A stretch of 64,000 nt of DNA from assembly GCA_951406725.2 (NCBI GenBank), contig OX597820.1, positions 37,510,001 to 37,574,000 of the forward strand. The letters run 5' to 3'. Numbering within the stretch: the first letter of the stretch is position 1; each line of letters begins with the position of its first letter. The notes under the pieces were generated by a model. That model saw only the letters and a list, made by a program, of their open reading frames with translations. It was not told the origin of the DNA and did no database searches. The position numbers were made by a program, and so were the translations under genes. Positions 23,199 to 36,774 of this stretch are shown piece after piece. The DNA comes from Octopus vulgaris (taxonomy: Eukaryota).

Positions 23199-24344
23199 TA
23201 TGGTGGTGTTGAGTGGAAAATCATTTTCCAGCATACATTTCTACATAGTATAGTAGTATAGACATGTAGTGTAAACATTGTCACTATTGTGCCAAATCCT
23301 GTCACATTTCACATGGAATTTTTGGTCCTTCAAATTACCTTGGTGTATAGGTCAACTTACCTTTCTTGGTTGTAAACTTTAGTTTGGAAAATATGGTAAC
23401 TATTGGGTTGCTTCATTAGGAAGCAACATGCCAAGATAGCAAATTAGGTAGCTGGTCTGGGTCTCCTGTCCTGTATTTTATCCTCTCTCACTCTATCCCA
23501 TTCTCTCTTTCTTTACTGAAGATACCCATTGTAGGATTCAAACATCTCACTGTTTACTGCAGAGATGAGAGGACACAGTGATTAACTTTTTTATTATTAG
23601 CTTACTGTATGGTCAGATCAACCCTCTCTTCTGGTTATAACTTGGTGAGAGATGATAGTGATGGGTTTCACTTGACTGACATGCTAAATTACATTACATG
23701 AAAAAATGAGATTATTAGTTGTTCTTGTATGATCCACTGGATTATGAAGTCCCAAACTTTTATTGAGTAGTTCTGGTTTGCTCTATTTGAATAAGACTGG
23801 GAAAGATATAGCTGTTAAATAACTCAGGAGAGGCATGCAAGTTCGACACCTTCTGATGTGCTATATTTCTATTTAGTTGGAGACCACTCTATATTCTCTC
23901 TTGGGCAGTGGTTGTGTTGTGACTGCAATGTAACAGTCGAGAATAACAATCCATATATGCTCACCCACAATAACTAGGACAGTTTCTTCAGCTTGGTTTG
24001 GGACTACTTTGTGTATTTTGTCATGCTGTTGTTTGAGTGTGACAATCAGGTTTCAGGCATTCATTTCATTGTTCTGTCTAAAAGTAACAGTTGCAGACGT
24101 AGTGAAAATGGATTAATATGAAGTTGTTTTTTTTGGATTTAGTAGTGTTAGCAGAATTTGGTCATTATTGTGTTTAGTGAAACTATGTTGTAGTAATGAA
24201 GCTATTTTACTATGTATATGTGGGTATATGTATGCAGTTGTGGAAATTTTTTTTTTTTTTTAATATTTGCTGCTTTAACAAATTTGTGGGATTATTGATA
24301 TCTGGCATACGATACAAGGTCCCATACATTTGGATGGTCTAGTT

Positions 24345-24572
24345 TGGTGGTTCTCAACTGGGGTCCATATAACATTTTGCTGTTAAAATTTATGTGCAAT
24401 AAATTGTTTATACTTTTACAATACACAAAATATTTTAATCATTTTATACAATTCCTAATATCTAATTACAAAATTACAGATTTTTTTTATATACATTGAA
24501 TGTCTCTGGAGGTCCAGTAATATAAAATGGGAATCCAAAGGGGTCATAGGCAAAAATGGTTGGAAAACACTG
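24345..24572. mobile_element. hAT (Charlie-like) MITE
   Basis: Ends tggtggttctcaac / gttggaaaacactg. 8-bp TSD gtctagtt (24337-24344) / gtctagtg (24573-24580). Confidence 0.75.
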
Positions 24573-24787
24573 GTCTAGTGGTTACATTTGACTGATACTT
24601 CTTTTTGTTTCATCAAAGCTAGAATGACAAATGGCCTAGCAGGATTTGAACTCAGAATTGAAAGCAATGTAAATAAATACTCTAAGGAATTTTCTCTGTT
24701 AGTTTTTTTACCACCACTCCACTGCTGCCCAATAAATAATTTTGCCAATCCAGTGCATTGTAAGTAATTTTGTGATTACATCATCTT

Positions 24788-25015
24788 TTAACTCTGTAGT
24801 GTTTAAACTGTCCATATCCGGCCGAAATATTTTACCTGTTTTTCACTTATACTGGCTAGATCTGGCCTCTCATACCTACCCTACAATCTCATTCTAAAAA
24901 TAGGCAATCACATCATTGAAATCTTGAAGCAATGAGATAACACATGATAAATTCAAATCAATGTGAATAAACAAGCATTATGTTTGACATAATAATCTGA
25001 ACGCTAAAGATTTAA
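24788..25015 (+). mobile_element. piggyBac-like MITE (TTAA-flanked); other copies at about 38148-38315 and 44120-44328 (minus)
   Basis: TTAA at both ends, imperfect TIR ctctgtagtgttta / tgaacgctaaaga, and the shared core ccatatccggcc.aaatatt in three copies. Confidence 0.7.
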
Positions 25016-25572
25016 GTAATTTGACCAGTTCATTGCCCTATTTTTAAGTACCACCAAAAGAGATACAATACATGCTTGGAGCTGTCAGGAATGCTATAAT
25101 TGATAAATGTTTCATTAGCTTGCAATACTATGCTCCAGTTTCCAATGGTTACATGAGTGTGGATGAATGCTATCAGTAATATGTGTGCTCTGTGTGAATT
25201 AAATTTAATCTGCAACAAAGTATCACTGTGTGCAGTTATTCTACAGCCCACCTTTCTTCTTTTTGATTATCTTTGAGATCACAATCACCTGGATAAGTAC
25301 TCTTAAGTACTCTTTCTAGCTTCATAGAAAGCTATTTCTGGATTGGATAGTTTTATACCCATTTATCTCCTGTTGAATCTTGTTACGGTCCATGTCATCT
25401 GGTAATACATGAACAGTGCATAAAGCAAACAAGCCAACTTAGTTGGTGTGTAATTTTTTTACACTTTGGACCAGGGACATTTCATCATGCTACTAGCATT
25501 ACAGAGGTTGTCAATGGCTAGACCAAAGAATTGATTTTACCCTGCCCTCCTAGATGGGTAGCTTGTGATGTA

Positions 25573-25895
25573 AAGGGTAAAGACTCCCTTTGGTCATGAA
25601 TGGCCATAGAATTGCACCTAGAAAGTTACCCTCTGAGGCACAAGTCTGAGCAAGGTTCTTTATAGAAGACTAGCAATCCTCTCTCCACACCACTAATGTT
25701 ATTCAAGGAAAAGGCAAAGGCTGATACAGCTTGGCACCAGTGACATCTCAACTCATTTCTACAGCTGAGTGAATTGGAGCAATGTGAAATAAAGTGTCTT
25801 GCTCAAGAACACAACATACAACCAGGTCTGAGAATTGAACTCACTACCTCATGTTTGTAAGCCTGACACTAGAACCACTGAGCTATATGCCTTCA
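25573..25895 (-). mobile_element. CORE-like tRNA-derived SINE with an 11-bp TSD
   Basis: Minus head ggcatatagctcagtggttctagtg...gagttcaattctc, then cttgagcaagacacttt. TSD cttgtgatgta at 25562-25572 and 25896-25906. Confidence 0.8.
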
Positions 25896-25967
25896 CTTGT
25901 GATGTAGCTTAATGGTTATAAGGTATATATATATGCTAGCATGGAAAACGGATGCTAAACGATGATG

Positions 25968-26004
<37 letters not shown>

Positions 26005-26520
26005 GCCTTCTTGTATTTATGAATTCCTTTATTTATGTAGAATATCAACACATGTGGTGCTTATAAATTTGTTTCCAAAATGTTCTCACACACACAGGCA
26101 CACACACACACACACCTGAGTAAGTGCATAAATACGAAGCAAGGTGGAGGTAGAGTAATATGGTTTATTAAAAAAGCTGCAGTAAGAAAGAGAGAGAGAT
26201 AATGATGTAAATAAAAACACAAAAAAATATACATGTATATAAGCAGTTTTATTTCTTTATTTGCATCACTATCTCCATGTCTACTTACCTGGATTCCTCT
26301 TACAGACACTCTTTACCCTGTAGCCTTAGTCCTTGGTAAAGATTTCAGAATGTAAGTTCAAATCATTTGAATGCTACTAAATGTTTTCTATATTGAGCAT
26401 CTTTGATTCTCATTTGTTGACTCTCTCTCTCTCTCTTTCTGTATATCCACACGACTAAGCAGATAAATGCAAGACAAGGTGGAAAAAATAGTACTCAAAT
26501 ACCGAAGGTAGAATGATAGG

Positions 26521-26678
26521 CTTTTTTACTAAAGCTACAAAGGCATCACAAAAACTGTTACTCAGTTTCCTGTTCCTCGTTGTGATCAAGAATTCTTGAT
26601 CACAACTATTCAACAAACAGGAATATGAAACTCTTGAGTAATAATTTTTGTGGTGTTTTTGCTGCTTTAATAAAAAAG
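26521..26678. repeat. Palindrome with a perfect 28-bp centre; the arms carry a decayed hammerhead-like motif
   Basis: gttgtgatcaagaattcttgatcacaac at 26579-26606 is self-complementary; imperfect arms extend to 26521 and 26678. Confidence 0.85.
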
Positions 26679-26846
26679 TATATATATATATGTCTTTTGT
26701 CTATTTTCATAAAGCTTCCCGTTATATATATATATATATATAATTACATTATATAAAAGGGCTTAGTAAAATAAATTACTTCCCATACTGAACTCATTAG
26801 AAATAGCAGCTAAAAACTTTTTAAAGCTATTTCTAATATAAGAAAA

Positions 26847-26894
<48 letters not shown>

Positions 26895-27360
26895 TGGTGA
26901 CACATAAAAAGGACCATTTGAGTATAACCGATGCCAGTGCTGCCTGACTGGCACCCGTGCTGGTGGCATGTAAAATCACCCACTACACTCTTGGAGTGAT
27001 TGGTGTTAGGAAGGGCATCCAGCTGTAGAAACCTTTCCAAATCAGATTGGAGCCTGATACAGCCTCCCAGCTTGCCAGTTTTCAGTGAAACTGTCCAACC
27101 CATGCCAGCATGGAAAGCAGATGTTAAACGATAACATCAACGATGATGGTGATGACACGTTAGTGTGCCAGGCGAGATGCTTAGCGGTATTTCGTCTGTC
27201 GCTACGTTCTGAGTTCAAATTCCGCCGAGGTCAACTTTGCCTTTCATCCTTTTGGGGTCGATAAAGTACCAGTTTTGCACTGGAGGCGATATAATCAACT
27301 CAGTCCCTTCGTCTGTCCTTGTTTGTCCCCTCTGTGTTTAGCCCCTTGTGGGCAGTAAAG

Positions 27361-27362
<2 letters not shown>
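26895..27362 (+). mobile_element. SINE family C followed directly by a young SINE family A copy, between (TA)n tracts
   Basis: The family C body and (gat)n tail end at about 27155; family A (27157-27362) retains many CpGs. Confidence 0.85.
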
Positions 27363-27397
<35 letters not shown>

Positions 27398-28696
27398 TAT
27401 ATGCACTCTATAAAATAAATATTTTCCAGAGAAGTAACATTTTGAAGAATCCCAACTTATAAAGATAAAATGAAGTAAAACAAAGAACAAACCCATCATA
27501 CCATTGTATTACATTGCAATAATAGTTTTTTTTGGTGAAATCTTTTTTTTATATATATAATGCACACACACCTCACACATATGGTGTCTCTTTTAGTACA
27601 CTTTAAAAGGGTAGATGGGGAAAGAGCAAGATGAGAAGAGAAATGGTATATTGATTATTTTACCTTGTTAATGTTTTATGTAAGATCATATATTGATCTG
27701 AATGTAAAAAATTCATTAATGAATGTAAAAATTGATTTATTCTAACACTTCTGTTTGCTTCACACATTGGTCACCTGTTACATTTTTCTTTACACTGTTT
27801 GCACACAACTGTTAAATCACTTTTAAAGAAAGTATTTATTTCACTTTCATTTATATATTTTAAACAAAACCTTTGTTTCTTTGAATTCGTGGGTTGGATT
27901 GGGAGTCCTGAAATACATCTTACACATTTTGATGATCTGTGGGGCTAGATCTGAAATTAGGTGTGAAGTTTGGGTTCTTCTCATTGAGTATTTAGCCATT
28001 AGAAATCTTTCTTCGCTGTTTTATTTCCAGTTCTTAGCTATCTTCTTTCCAGTTTTCCTGGGACAGTGGAAAGTCTTTCTTTTCTCAGTTACTTTTCACA
28101 GACGTTCCTTCATCATCAGCTCAACATTCATTTTTCTCTTCTCACATGGTTTGGGTGGAATTCTGTTGAGATGGATTATCTATGGCTGGATGCCCTTCCT
28201 GTTGCCTGTTTCCATGCAAGGTAATATTTTTCCATGACCTGTTTGCATTGAAGATTGGAAATGGACACCACTTGCATGACAGTTATACTTGTTTACAGTT
28301 ATCACTTGATGTCAAGGCAAGAAGGCTGCAGCACACACATCTATATACACAAACATGTACACGCACATATATAAATAAATACAAGAGTATTTATATATAG
28401 GAGTGTGGTGGTTTAATAAAGTATGTGATTGGGTATTATCTGGTAATTGATATTTGATTTGGATGTATTTCTCCATTTTCTTATTTTGTATTATGAATTT
28501 GTAGTAAAACATTTTACCTTTGCCCATATAATACAGTAAATGAATTAATTGCATCGCAATTCTTAACATTTATGTATTAACTTTGTTGGGTACTTCACTA
28601 GCAGTATATTGGATATATGTTATCCCATGGAGGGTTGCATTTACAACCCCTATCTCAATTTGTACATATATAAAGATATATATATATATATGTATA

Positions 28697-28744
<48 letters not shown>

Positions 28745-28849
28745 TCTCTCTCTATATAAATATATACATATATATATGTTTATGTATATGTATGTATATA
28801 TAAGCAATAATAAATCTCTGAACGAGGTATAAACAGTAGCTGCACGACA

Positions 28850-29080
28850 ATGTGAAGTATATTTGCCACTTAAATGTTGCTAACAACTAATGGTGGATAC
28901 TACTGTAGCTTGTAGCCTCAGGAGAACATCTTCTCCAGCTGGCTATTGAGACACTTTCTGTACCCTATCAGTATTTGCAAAGGGAAGTCAGCTGGAGAAG
29001 ATGTTCTCCTGGAGCTACAAGCTACAGTAGCATCCACCCTTAGTGGTTAGCCACATTTAAGTGGCAAATATACTTCACAT
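28850..29080. repeat. Inverted repeat, 95-bp arms, 41-nt spacer
   Basis: 28850-28944 is an ungapped near-exact reverse complement of 28986-29080. Confidence 0.92.
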
Positions 29081-29183
29081 ATATACATACATATATGATG
29101 AGCATCTTTCAGTTTCTGTTTACCAAATCCACTCAATTATCTGGTCAGGCTGGTTGTGAAGACACTTGCTTCAGACACTATGC

Positions 29184-29328
29184 AAAAAAATTCATCAGCC
29201 TTTTTGCCAATGTAGAACATCAGAACATCAAGTTGAGTGTTTTTTTGTTCCGTAGAGAAAACTCTACAAAACAAAAGAAACACTCAACTTGATGTTCTAC
29301 ATTGGCAAGAAGGTTGATGAATTTTTTT
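29184..29328. repeat. Long hairpin with a 4-nt loop
   Basis: The arms pair up to gtagag-aaaa-ctctac (29252-29267). The left arm has an 8-bp tandem duplication (agaacatc). Confidence 0.9.
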
Positions 29329-29744
29329 TTTTTAGCTAATGGAAGTTTCTTCTATAAATGATATGGAGTGATGACATTATTTGGCATACTTGTTTGAGCA
29401 TTAGACAGAATACCTTGTGATATTGATTCTGAGTCTTTTACATTCCAGTGTCAAACCCTGCTGAAGTCAACATTGCATTTTATTTTGTCTTTTCTGAGTC
29501 TATGAAATAAAATATCAGTCAGTATAAGTTCCTACCCCAATCCTACTCAAATATAAGGTCTTGTGCCTATGTTGGGAAATACTACTACAACTGCTACTAC
29601 TACTACTACTACTACTACTCAATTATAGTGACTCCTGTATTTAGCTGGTACTTATTATTTTAATTGACTCAAAAATATGAAGGGGAAAGAAGATGCAATG
29701 TAATTTGAATTCAGAACCTGAAGAGGACATTACTGTACAAATAT

Positions 29745-29895
29745 TGGTTTCAAATTTTGGCTCAAGGCCAGCAAGTTTGGGAGAGGGGGTAAGTTGATTA
29801 CATTGACCTCAGTGCTCAACTGGTACTTATTTTATTGACCCCCGAAAGGATGAAAGGCAAAGTTGATCTCGGTGGAATTTGAACCCAGAATGTTA
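29745..29895 (-). mobile_element. SINE family A copy
   Basis: Reverse complement of family A. Confidence 0.75.
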
Positions 29896-32800
29896 AGAGA
29901 TGCAACTAAGTCCTACAATCATTTCTACTTGATGTGATGCATTTCTGTAATGTACTCCACGTAATGCTTGCCACTTAATGTAAGCATCATATAGCAATCC
30001 TATAGCAAAAGAGCTCAAACACTGTTCTTGAGTTTTATTCATACTTTGATTTACATCTATGCACTAGAACAGTAAGCATACTCTAGTACCAGAAATTTTG
30101 GAGGAAAGTCTGAAGTATGTGTCCTTCCATATTTTGTTGACCATATTAAATGTATAGAATAGTTTCTCAACTTATTTTCTGTTCTCTTTTACAGACTTAG
30201 TTATTTGTATATAACAAATAAAATTTTGTTCAATTTTTTTCTTTTAGTTAAGTTAATTATTTTTTAAAAACTGTATCATGGCTATGTCAATACCAGTACA
30301 CCATGTTGAAGTAGTGGCTATCCTATTTTACTGGTATTATGTTGAGTGTTAGACTTAACATGCCACTTACACATCACCATGTGGTTTTCGAGTGTTTGTA
30401 ATGGAGATCATTTTATTACAAACATTTGGACCAGATGCCCTTGTCTGCTTATGTCTTAGCAGCAGACATTCACCAGCAGAGAATTAGCCAAGGAGTAGGG
30501 TGGTCTGCAGAGGTCATGAGTACTGCTCTTATTCTGATTGTTGTGTGTTGAAGACCCTTTTATAACTTCAACACACAGTGTTTGCTCATTACTAGTTGAT
30601 GGAACAAATGAGCTTGTGGAAGCTGCCCTAACTCAGTTTAAATCTCTTTATTGATTCAGAACATTAGAAACTATAGTGGTTTAAAAACATAAAAAGCCAA
30701 ATGAAAAGATACAATATAATTTGGCCTTTTGAATAATAATTTTTTGCTACAAAGTGACATTGTACAGAATATAGTTGTTGTTTGTAGTTTGAAGTTAGCC
30801 CTAGCAGAAGATTTCTGGCACTTACCTAGTCAGCTGAATGACTAACTGCATTCCACAGATCCAAAGAACAGGACCACATAAAATATTAACATGCATTAGT
30901 TTATTACATGTGGTGCAGTGTTTAAGTTTGAACCTGTTGCCCATTGGTCTAGTCTGTATGTCTCTTGTTTTTCATTTGGCTCCAGGTTGATTTTAATTGA
31001 GTTGACTTGTGATCACAAGCACTCTAGCCATTATCAGCCCAATTTTAAATTCTTATGCATTTCAAGCAGTGCACTGATTGCATTATCCAAAGTGGCCCTC
31101 TCTTTTCAAGATGGTAGAGTATTATTTGAGAGATGTTTGGCTGCAATTTTTAAAAGGTTAGGTAACAACATAGAGAATATCTTGCTAGCTTGCATGTTTG
31201 TAGATTTTGGTGGTGATCACAACAATGCCAGGGCAAGGTGAACTTTGAACATATCTGCTGTTTCATTGCATCTATGTGCTCTGTATCAGGATTAACCACA
31301 CAACTGATAATGCTGCTATTAGGATGGAGTTGTTGTTATTTAATCCTAGGTGAGTCCCAATCAAACAGATTTATGATCAATCACAATCCATCTGTAATAT
31401 TCCTGTCTTTTCAGAAATAGTTTATACAGTACTACATAATTGTATGTTTTTTATAACACATTAAAGTGTGATTTGAAACATTTGGCTGCTGTTTCAAACC
31501 AGCTGAGATTGAATATCATGGTTGCCTGGTGTACTTGTAGGATGCTGTCTGTAAATGTGTTTGAGGGTGTTATAGAAATGTCTTTTTTTTTTTTTGGTGG
31601 GCTAGATATTGTATGCAGTGGCAGAGACTGTGATTGTTGAAGCTTACTGCAATAACAAACTACACACGCTACATATTCCGGTGCTTTTCAATTCTAGTAT
31701 TTTTGTTTGCTTCATTACACAAGCAGTCTATGGGTATTGTAAGTATGCAACCTGTGATGTTTTGTATTCTTTGTAACTTATGATTTGTTGGGGAGAAAAT
31801 GGGGACCCAGGTTGGACTGGCACAATCCATGATGCATCAGTTGTATAGCTTGTACATTAATGTTGTTGTTTGTAAGTATATTTGTGTGCCATTTGCTATT
31901 ATAACTATGTACTGTGAATATCATAGAGATGTTGTATTATGTCTTATAGAGAGCTTATATTCTTGTATTTTGAACCAGTTCTCTTCCAATTGGATGATGC
32001 AAAAACATTAAGCTGAAATAAGGATATAGCCTTGGACAAATAAAGTTTCTAAGGTGATAATTATGGCAAGAAATTTTATACAAACTTATTGCATTAATCT
32101 GATCAGTTGATGACCATTAATATCTGCTTGATTTGTACTTGTGAGATATATTGATTTTTCACATGCACACAAGGAAATGATAGATACTATGTTAAAAAGT
32201 ATTAATGACATAAGGGAAAGGGAACAAAAGAGGATATAGCTGACAATTGAGAAAAATGAGTTGTGAACTTGACTAGTTGAGTGTTTACCTCAACTCTCTG
32301 AAAATGAGCAATTTCTTACATAAAGGAAGGAAAAAGATTGAGTGATGTTCATGCTTTTCTCTGGTGTATTTGTAGTGTTACTTGAAACAGTTACAACCTA
32401 CAGCTGAAATCAGGATTGAAATTTGGCTCTTCAAAGTAGAAGTTGAAGCTTATACGTACAATGTGATATTTGTCAGCAGTCAGTACTTAGCTCCAGTTTC
32501 ATAGAGATAAATCCCTTCAGGCTGTTTGAAAATACTAGATAATTTGGTGCCTACTCTAAACTGCAATTTGAACCTAGGTAATGTAATGTAAAGTGTTCTG
32601 TTCAGATCACAGCAAAAATGCCAGCTACAGATTTGAAACTCACGATCCATGTGTAGGTAGTGCATTATTTAACCAACTTAACCTCTTTCCTCTGTACTGT
32701 GGTGTTCATTGGCAGTTTGTATTCATTTTATAGTACCAGCTATGAACTTGCCTCTGCTTTGTAGAACTTGCTGTAGCCTTACCTCTACAATACAATGCTC

Positions 32801-34954
32801 ATCTCTAGCTTACCTATACTGCATAACACTGACCATAAATTTTTCTCTACTGTACAATACTCACCTCTATCTAACTTTAACTGTTCAATGCTCACTGCAA
32901 ATAACCTATTCAACAACTATTTTAGGTTCTCTCCTTCATTTAGTATTTTCAAATGTTTCTTTTTCTGCTTTTTCTTCAAAATCTTTACAAATACATTATG
33001 AAAATTCATACTTCAGTTATTTTCAATAAATATCTACATATGTTGTTCACCTACTAATTTTTATGAGCCAATTGTGACCTCCCCTGTGTAACACTTTGTG
33101 GATTATTGTTTGAAATGATTTACAAGTTTTGAATGAGTGTAGACATTGAAGGCACAGCTAGAAGCTATTCTATTTGACCCATTGCTAATTCATCATGAAG
33201 GGGTTGAAAATAACTTATTGTTCCTTTACTCTATAAATCTGGTTTTATGCTTTTGTGAGGAAAAAACAGTTTGCTTATAGATTTAATCAATGTTATAGAG
33301 TGTTTTTAGAAAAATACATAAACTTATTCAATATCATCATCATTGTTGTTTTAATGTCTACTTTTTCATGCTTGTATGAGTTAGATGAGAATACATTGAG
33401 TATGAGTACAGGAGTAGAACTTACCTTATTTACTTGTGTATAAGCTGCACTGAAGTACAACTCAGACCTGGAGCAAAGCTAAAACTATGAAGGGAAATTT
33501 TGCCCCAAGATTCAACATTATTGTATGGGTTCAACTTAGACATGAATAGATATAGTATTTTGTTTGGTAAATTAAAGCAGAATTGTATCTCATGTTGCTT
33601 CAGCATAGAACACAGCTGTTGTATGGTATGAACTCACAAACCATGTGCTTCATCATCACACTCATCATCAACATTTAATGTCCACTTTTTTATGCTTATT
33701 TTGACCAAGTACTCCCATAATTCCTTATTAAGAGGCCATTTTTCTAATAGGAGAATAATTGTCCTCTTAAACCTTTGTGGTATTGATATTTTGAACATTT
33801 CAAGCAGAATCATCATCGATTATACATACATAAATGGTTGTGTGGTTTAAGTTTGCTTTTCAAGTACATTATTTTAGGTTCTCTATCACTGTCTTCTATT
33901 AGAGCCCTACGCTAACTAGTCTTGTGAGTGCATATAATAGACAGAAACTGAAAGGAGCTCATCTCTGTCTGTCTCACATGTATAAATGTCTATGTGCATG
34001 AGTGTGTGCTTGTCTCTTTGTCTTGACATTGTGTGATAGTTGTAAACAAACACCATCATCATACAAGCAGTGACATTCATTTGCAAGCCATTGTGTTTGT
34101 GTTTGAAAGTCTAGAAGAAATATTACTTTTCCTGGAACAAGTGAGGGTTGGTGACAGGAAGAGCATCCAGCCACAGAAAACCTACCACACTGAACTCTAC
34201 TTGACCTTTGCATGAAATTAGTGTAGATGTTAAAAATGAATATATATATTAATGATAGAGAGCCAGCAGAATTGTGTATGTTGCGTAGGTGTAAAGCACA
34301 TTGGCTGTTCTAAGATATGGACTCACAGCTAGTGTATTTCCAAACTGCTGGATCAATAATAATCATACACACACATGCGTATTGGTTTTTTTCATTCTTA
34401 GAAAAATATTATTCTGTAATCTTTTGTAATCATATAGTCTTAGTGTCTGAGTAGTTTTTCGTATTGTGAAAAATAGATTCTTCTTTCATTCATTATATAA
34501 TTTATCTCATTGATTAGATAGAATTCTAGAGTCAACAATTTTAAGTTTGAAAACTTATTTTTTTCAGTTAACCATCACATTTACTTTTAAACCATAGGGA
34601 GGGCTGTCCTTCTAGGACAAACTTGAGAACAGCTTGACTAGTTTTGACTGGTTATTGTCATCTTACAAAAGTATTTGCTCATGTTCATCCTTACAGAGGG
34701 AAAGAGTAACTTAGAGATGCTCTTAGGTAACAGGCACAAAGCTTACTCCTTTGCTTGTGAGACAGACTATACATGGATAACTGCACGTGAGTAAAGTTAG
34801 CACCTGTTACTCAGAAATATTTTATAAGTAGCTTTAAGCTACTTCCTCTCTTTGGGGGATGAACATAAGTAGACAATCTTGACAAGGAAATAGACAATCT
34901 CAATAAGATAACCATAACCAATTGAAATTAGTGAAGCTCTTCACTGGTTCATCC

Positions 34955-34985
<31 letters not shown>

Positions 34986-35673
34986 TGTGTATGTGTGAGA
35001 GGGAGAGTGAACTAGAGAGCTCTGGTCTGACCTGCAGTGACTCTAAACACAGTGATGTTGAATGTAGGTTTATCAAATGTATATATGTCAACTTATTCAC
35101 AGTGTGTTTTTTTTAGCTTTTAGGTTGTTTTAGCTATTAAATTTAAGGTCATCATACTGGAATGGAATGCTGTTTTCAGAGTTGAATTTGTGTTTCCTCT
35201 CTGTGTATGTCCACGCATCTAATGTTTTTCCTTGCTATTTTTTTTTGTCTTTTTTAAATAATGTATGCCATTTTTAATTGGTGGATCAATAAGTGGGTAA
35301 AGGCTGCTCTGATTTAGTTAGAGCCATTTTCAGATGGTTGATTTGGGATGCTAGAAAGAAATTTTATTTAAATACCTTTTAAAAGTTTCAAGGGAAACTG
35401 GTCATGCTTCCCAAATCTTTGGATGAGTATTGTACAGTTGCAGGCCATTAAATGACACACTTTTACTGTATAAGTGCCTCTTTGTGTGTGTGTGTGTGTG
35501 GTGCTATATAAAAAGCACCTAACACACTCTGTAAAGTTGGCATCAGGAAGGGCATCCAGCTTTAGCAACTGTGCCAAAACAGATTGGAGCCTGGTGCAGC
35601 CCTCTAGCTTCTCAGTTCCTGTCAAACCATCCAGCCCATGCCTGCATAGAAAATGGATATTAATGATGATGAT

Positions 35674-35704
<31 letters not shown>

Positions 35705-36615
35705 ATATATATATGTGTGTATGTATATATATATGTGTGTATGTATATATGTGTGTGTGTGTGTGTATATATATGTGTGTATGTATATATATGTGTGTGT
35801 GTATGTATATATGTGTGTGTGTGTATGTATATATGTGTGTGTGTGTGTATATATGTGTGTGTGTATGTATATGTGTGTGTGTATGTATATGTGTGTGTGT
35901 ATGTATATATGTGTGTGTGTGTATGTGTGTGTGTGTGTGTATATGTGTGTGTGTATGTATATGTGTGTGTGTATGTATATGTGTGTGTGTGTATGTATGT
36001 GTGTGTGTGTGTGTGTATGTATGTGTGTACATACACGTGTGTGTGTGTATGTGTGTACATACACGTGTGTGTGTGTGTATGTGTGTACATACACGTGTGT
36101 GTGTGTATGTGTGTACATACACGTGTGTGTGTGTATGTATGTGTGTACATACACGTGTGTGTGTGTATGTATGTGTGTACATACACGTGTGTGTGTGTAT
36201 GTATGTGTGTACATACACGTGTGTGTGTGTATGTATGTGTGTACATACACGTGTGTGTGTGTGTATGTGTGTACATACACGTGTGTGTGTGTATGTATGT
36301 GTGTACATACACATGTGTGTGTGTGTGTGTGTATGTATGTGTGTACATACACATGTGTGTGTGTGTGTGTGTATGTATGTGTGTACATACACATGTGTGT
36401 GTGTGTGTGTGTATATGTATGTGTGTACATACACATGTGTGTGTGTGTGTGTATGTATGTGTGTACATACACATGTGTGTGTGTATGTATGTGTGTACAT
36501 ACACGTGTGTGTGTGTGTGTGTGTGTATGTATGTGTGTACATACACATGTGTGTGTGTGTATGTATGTGTGTACATACACATGTGTGTGTGTGTATGTAT
36601 GTGTGTACATACACG

Positions 36616-36646
<31 letters not shown>

Positions 36647-36695
36647 GTGTACATACACATGTGTGTGTGTGTGTGTATGTGTGTACATACACGTG

Positions 36696-36726
<31 letters not shown>

Positions 36727-36735
36727 GTGTACATA

Positions 36736-36774
<39 letters not shown>

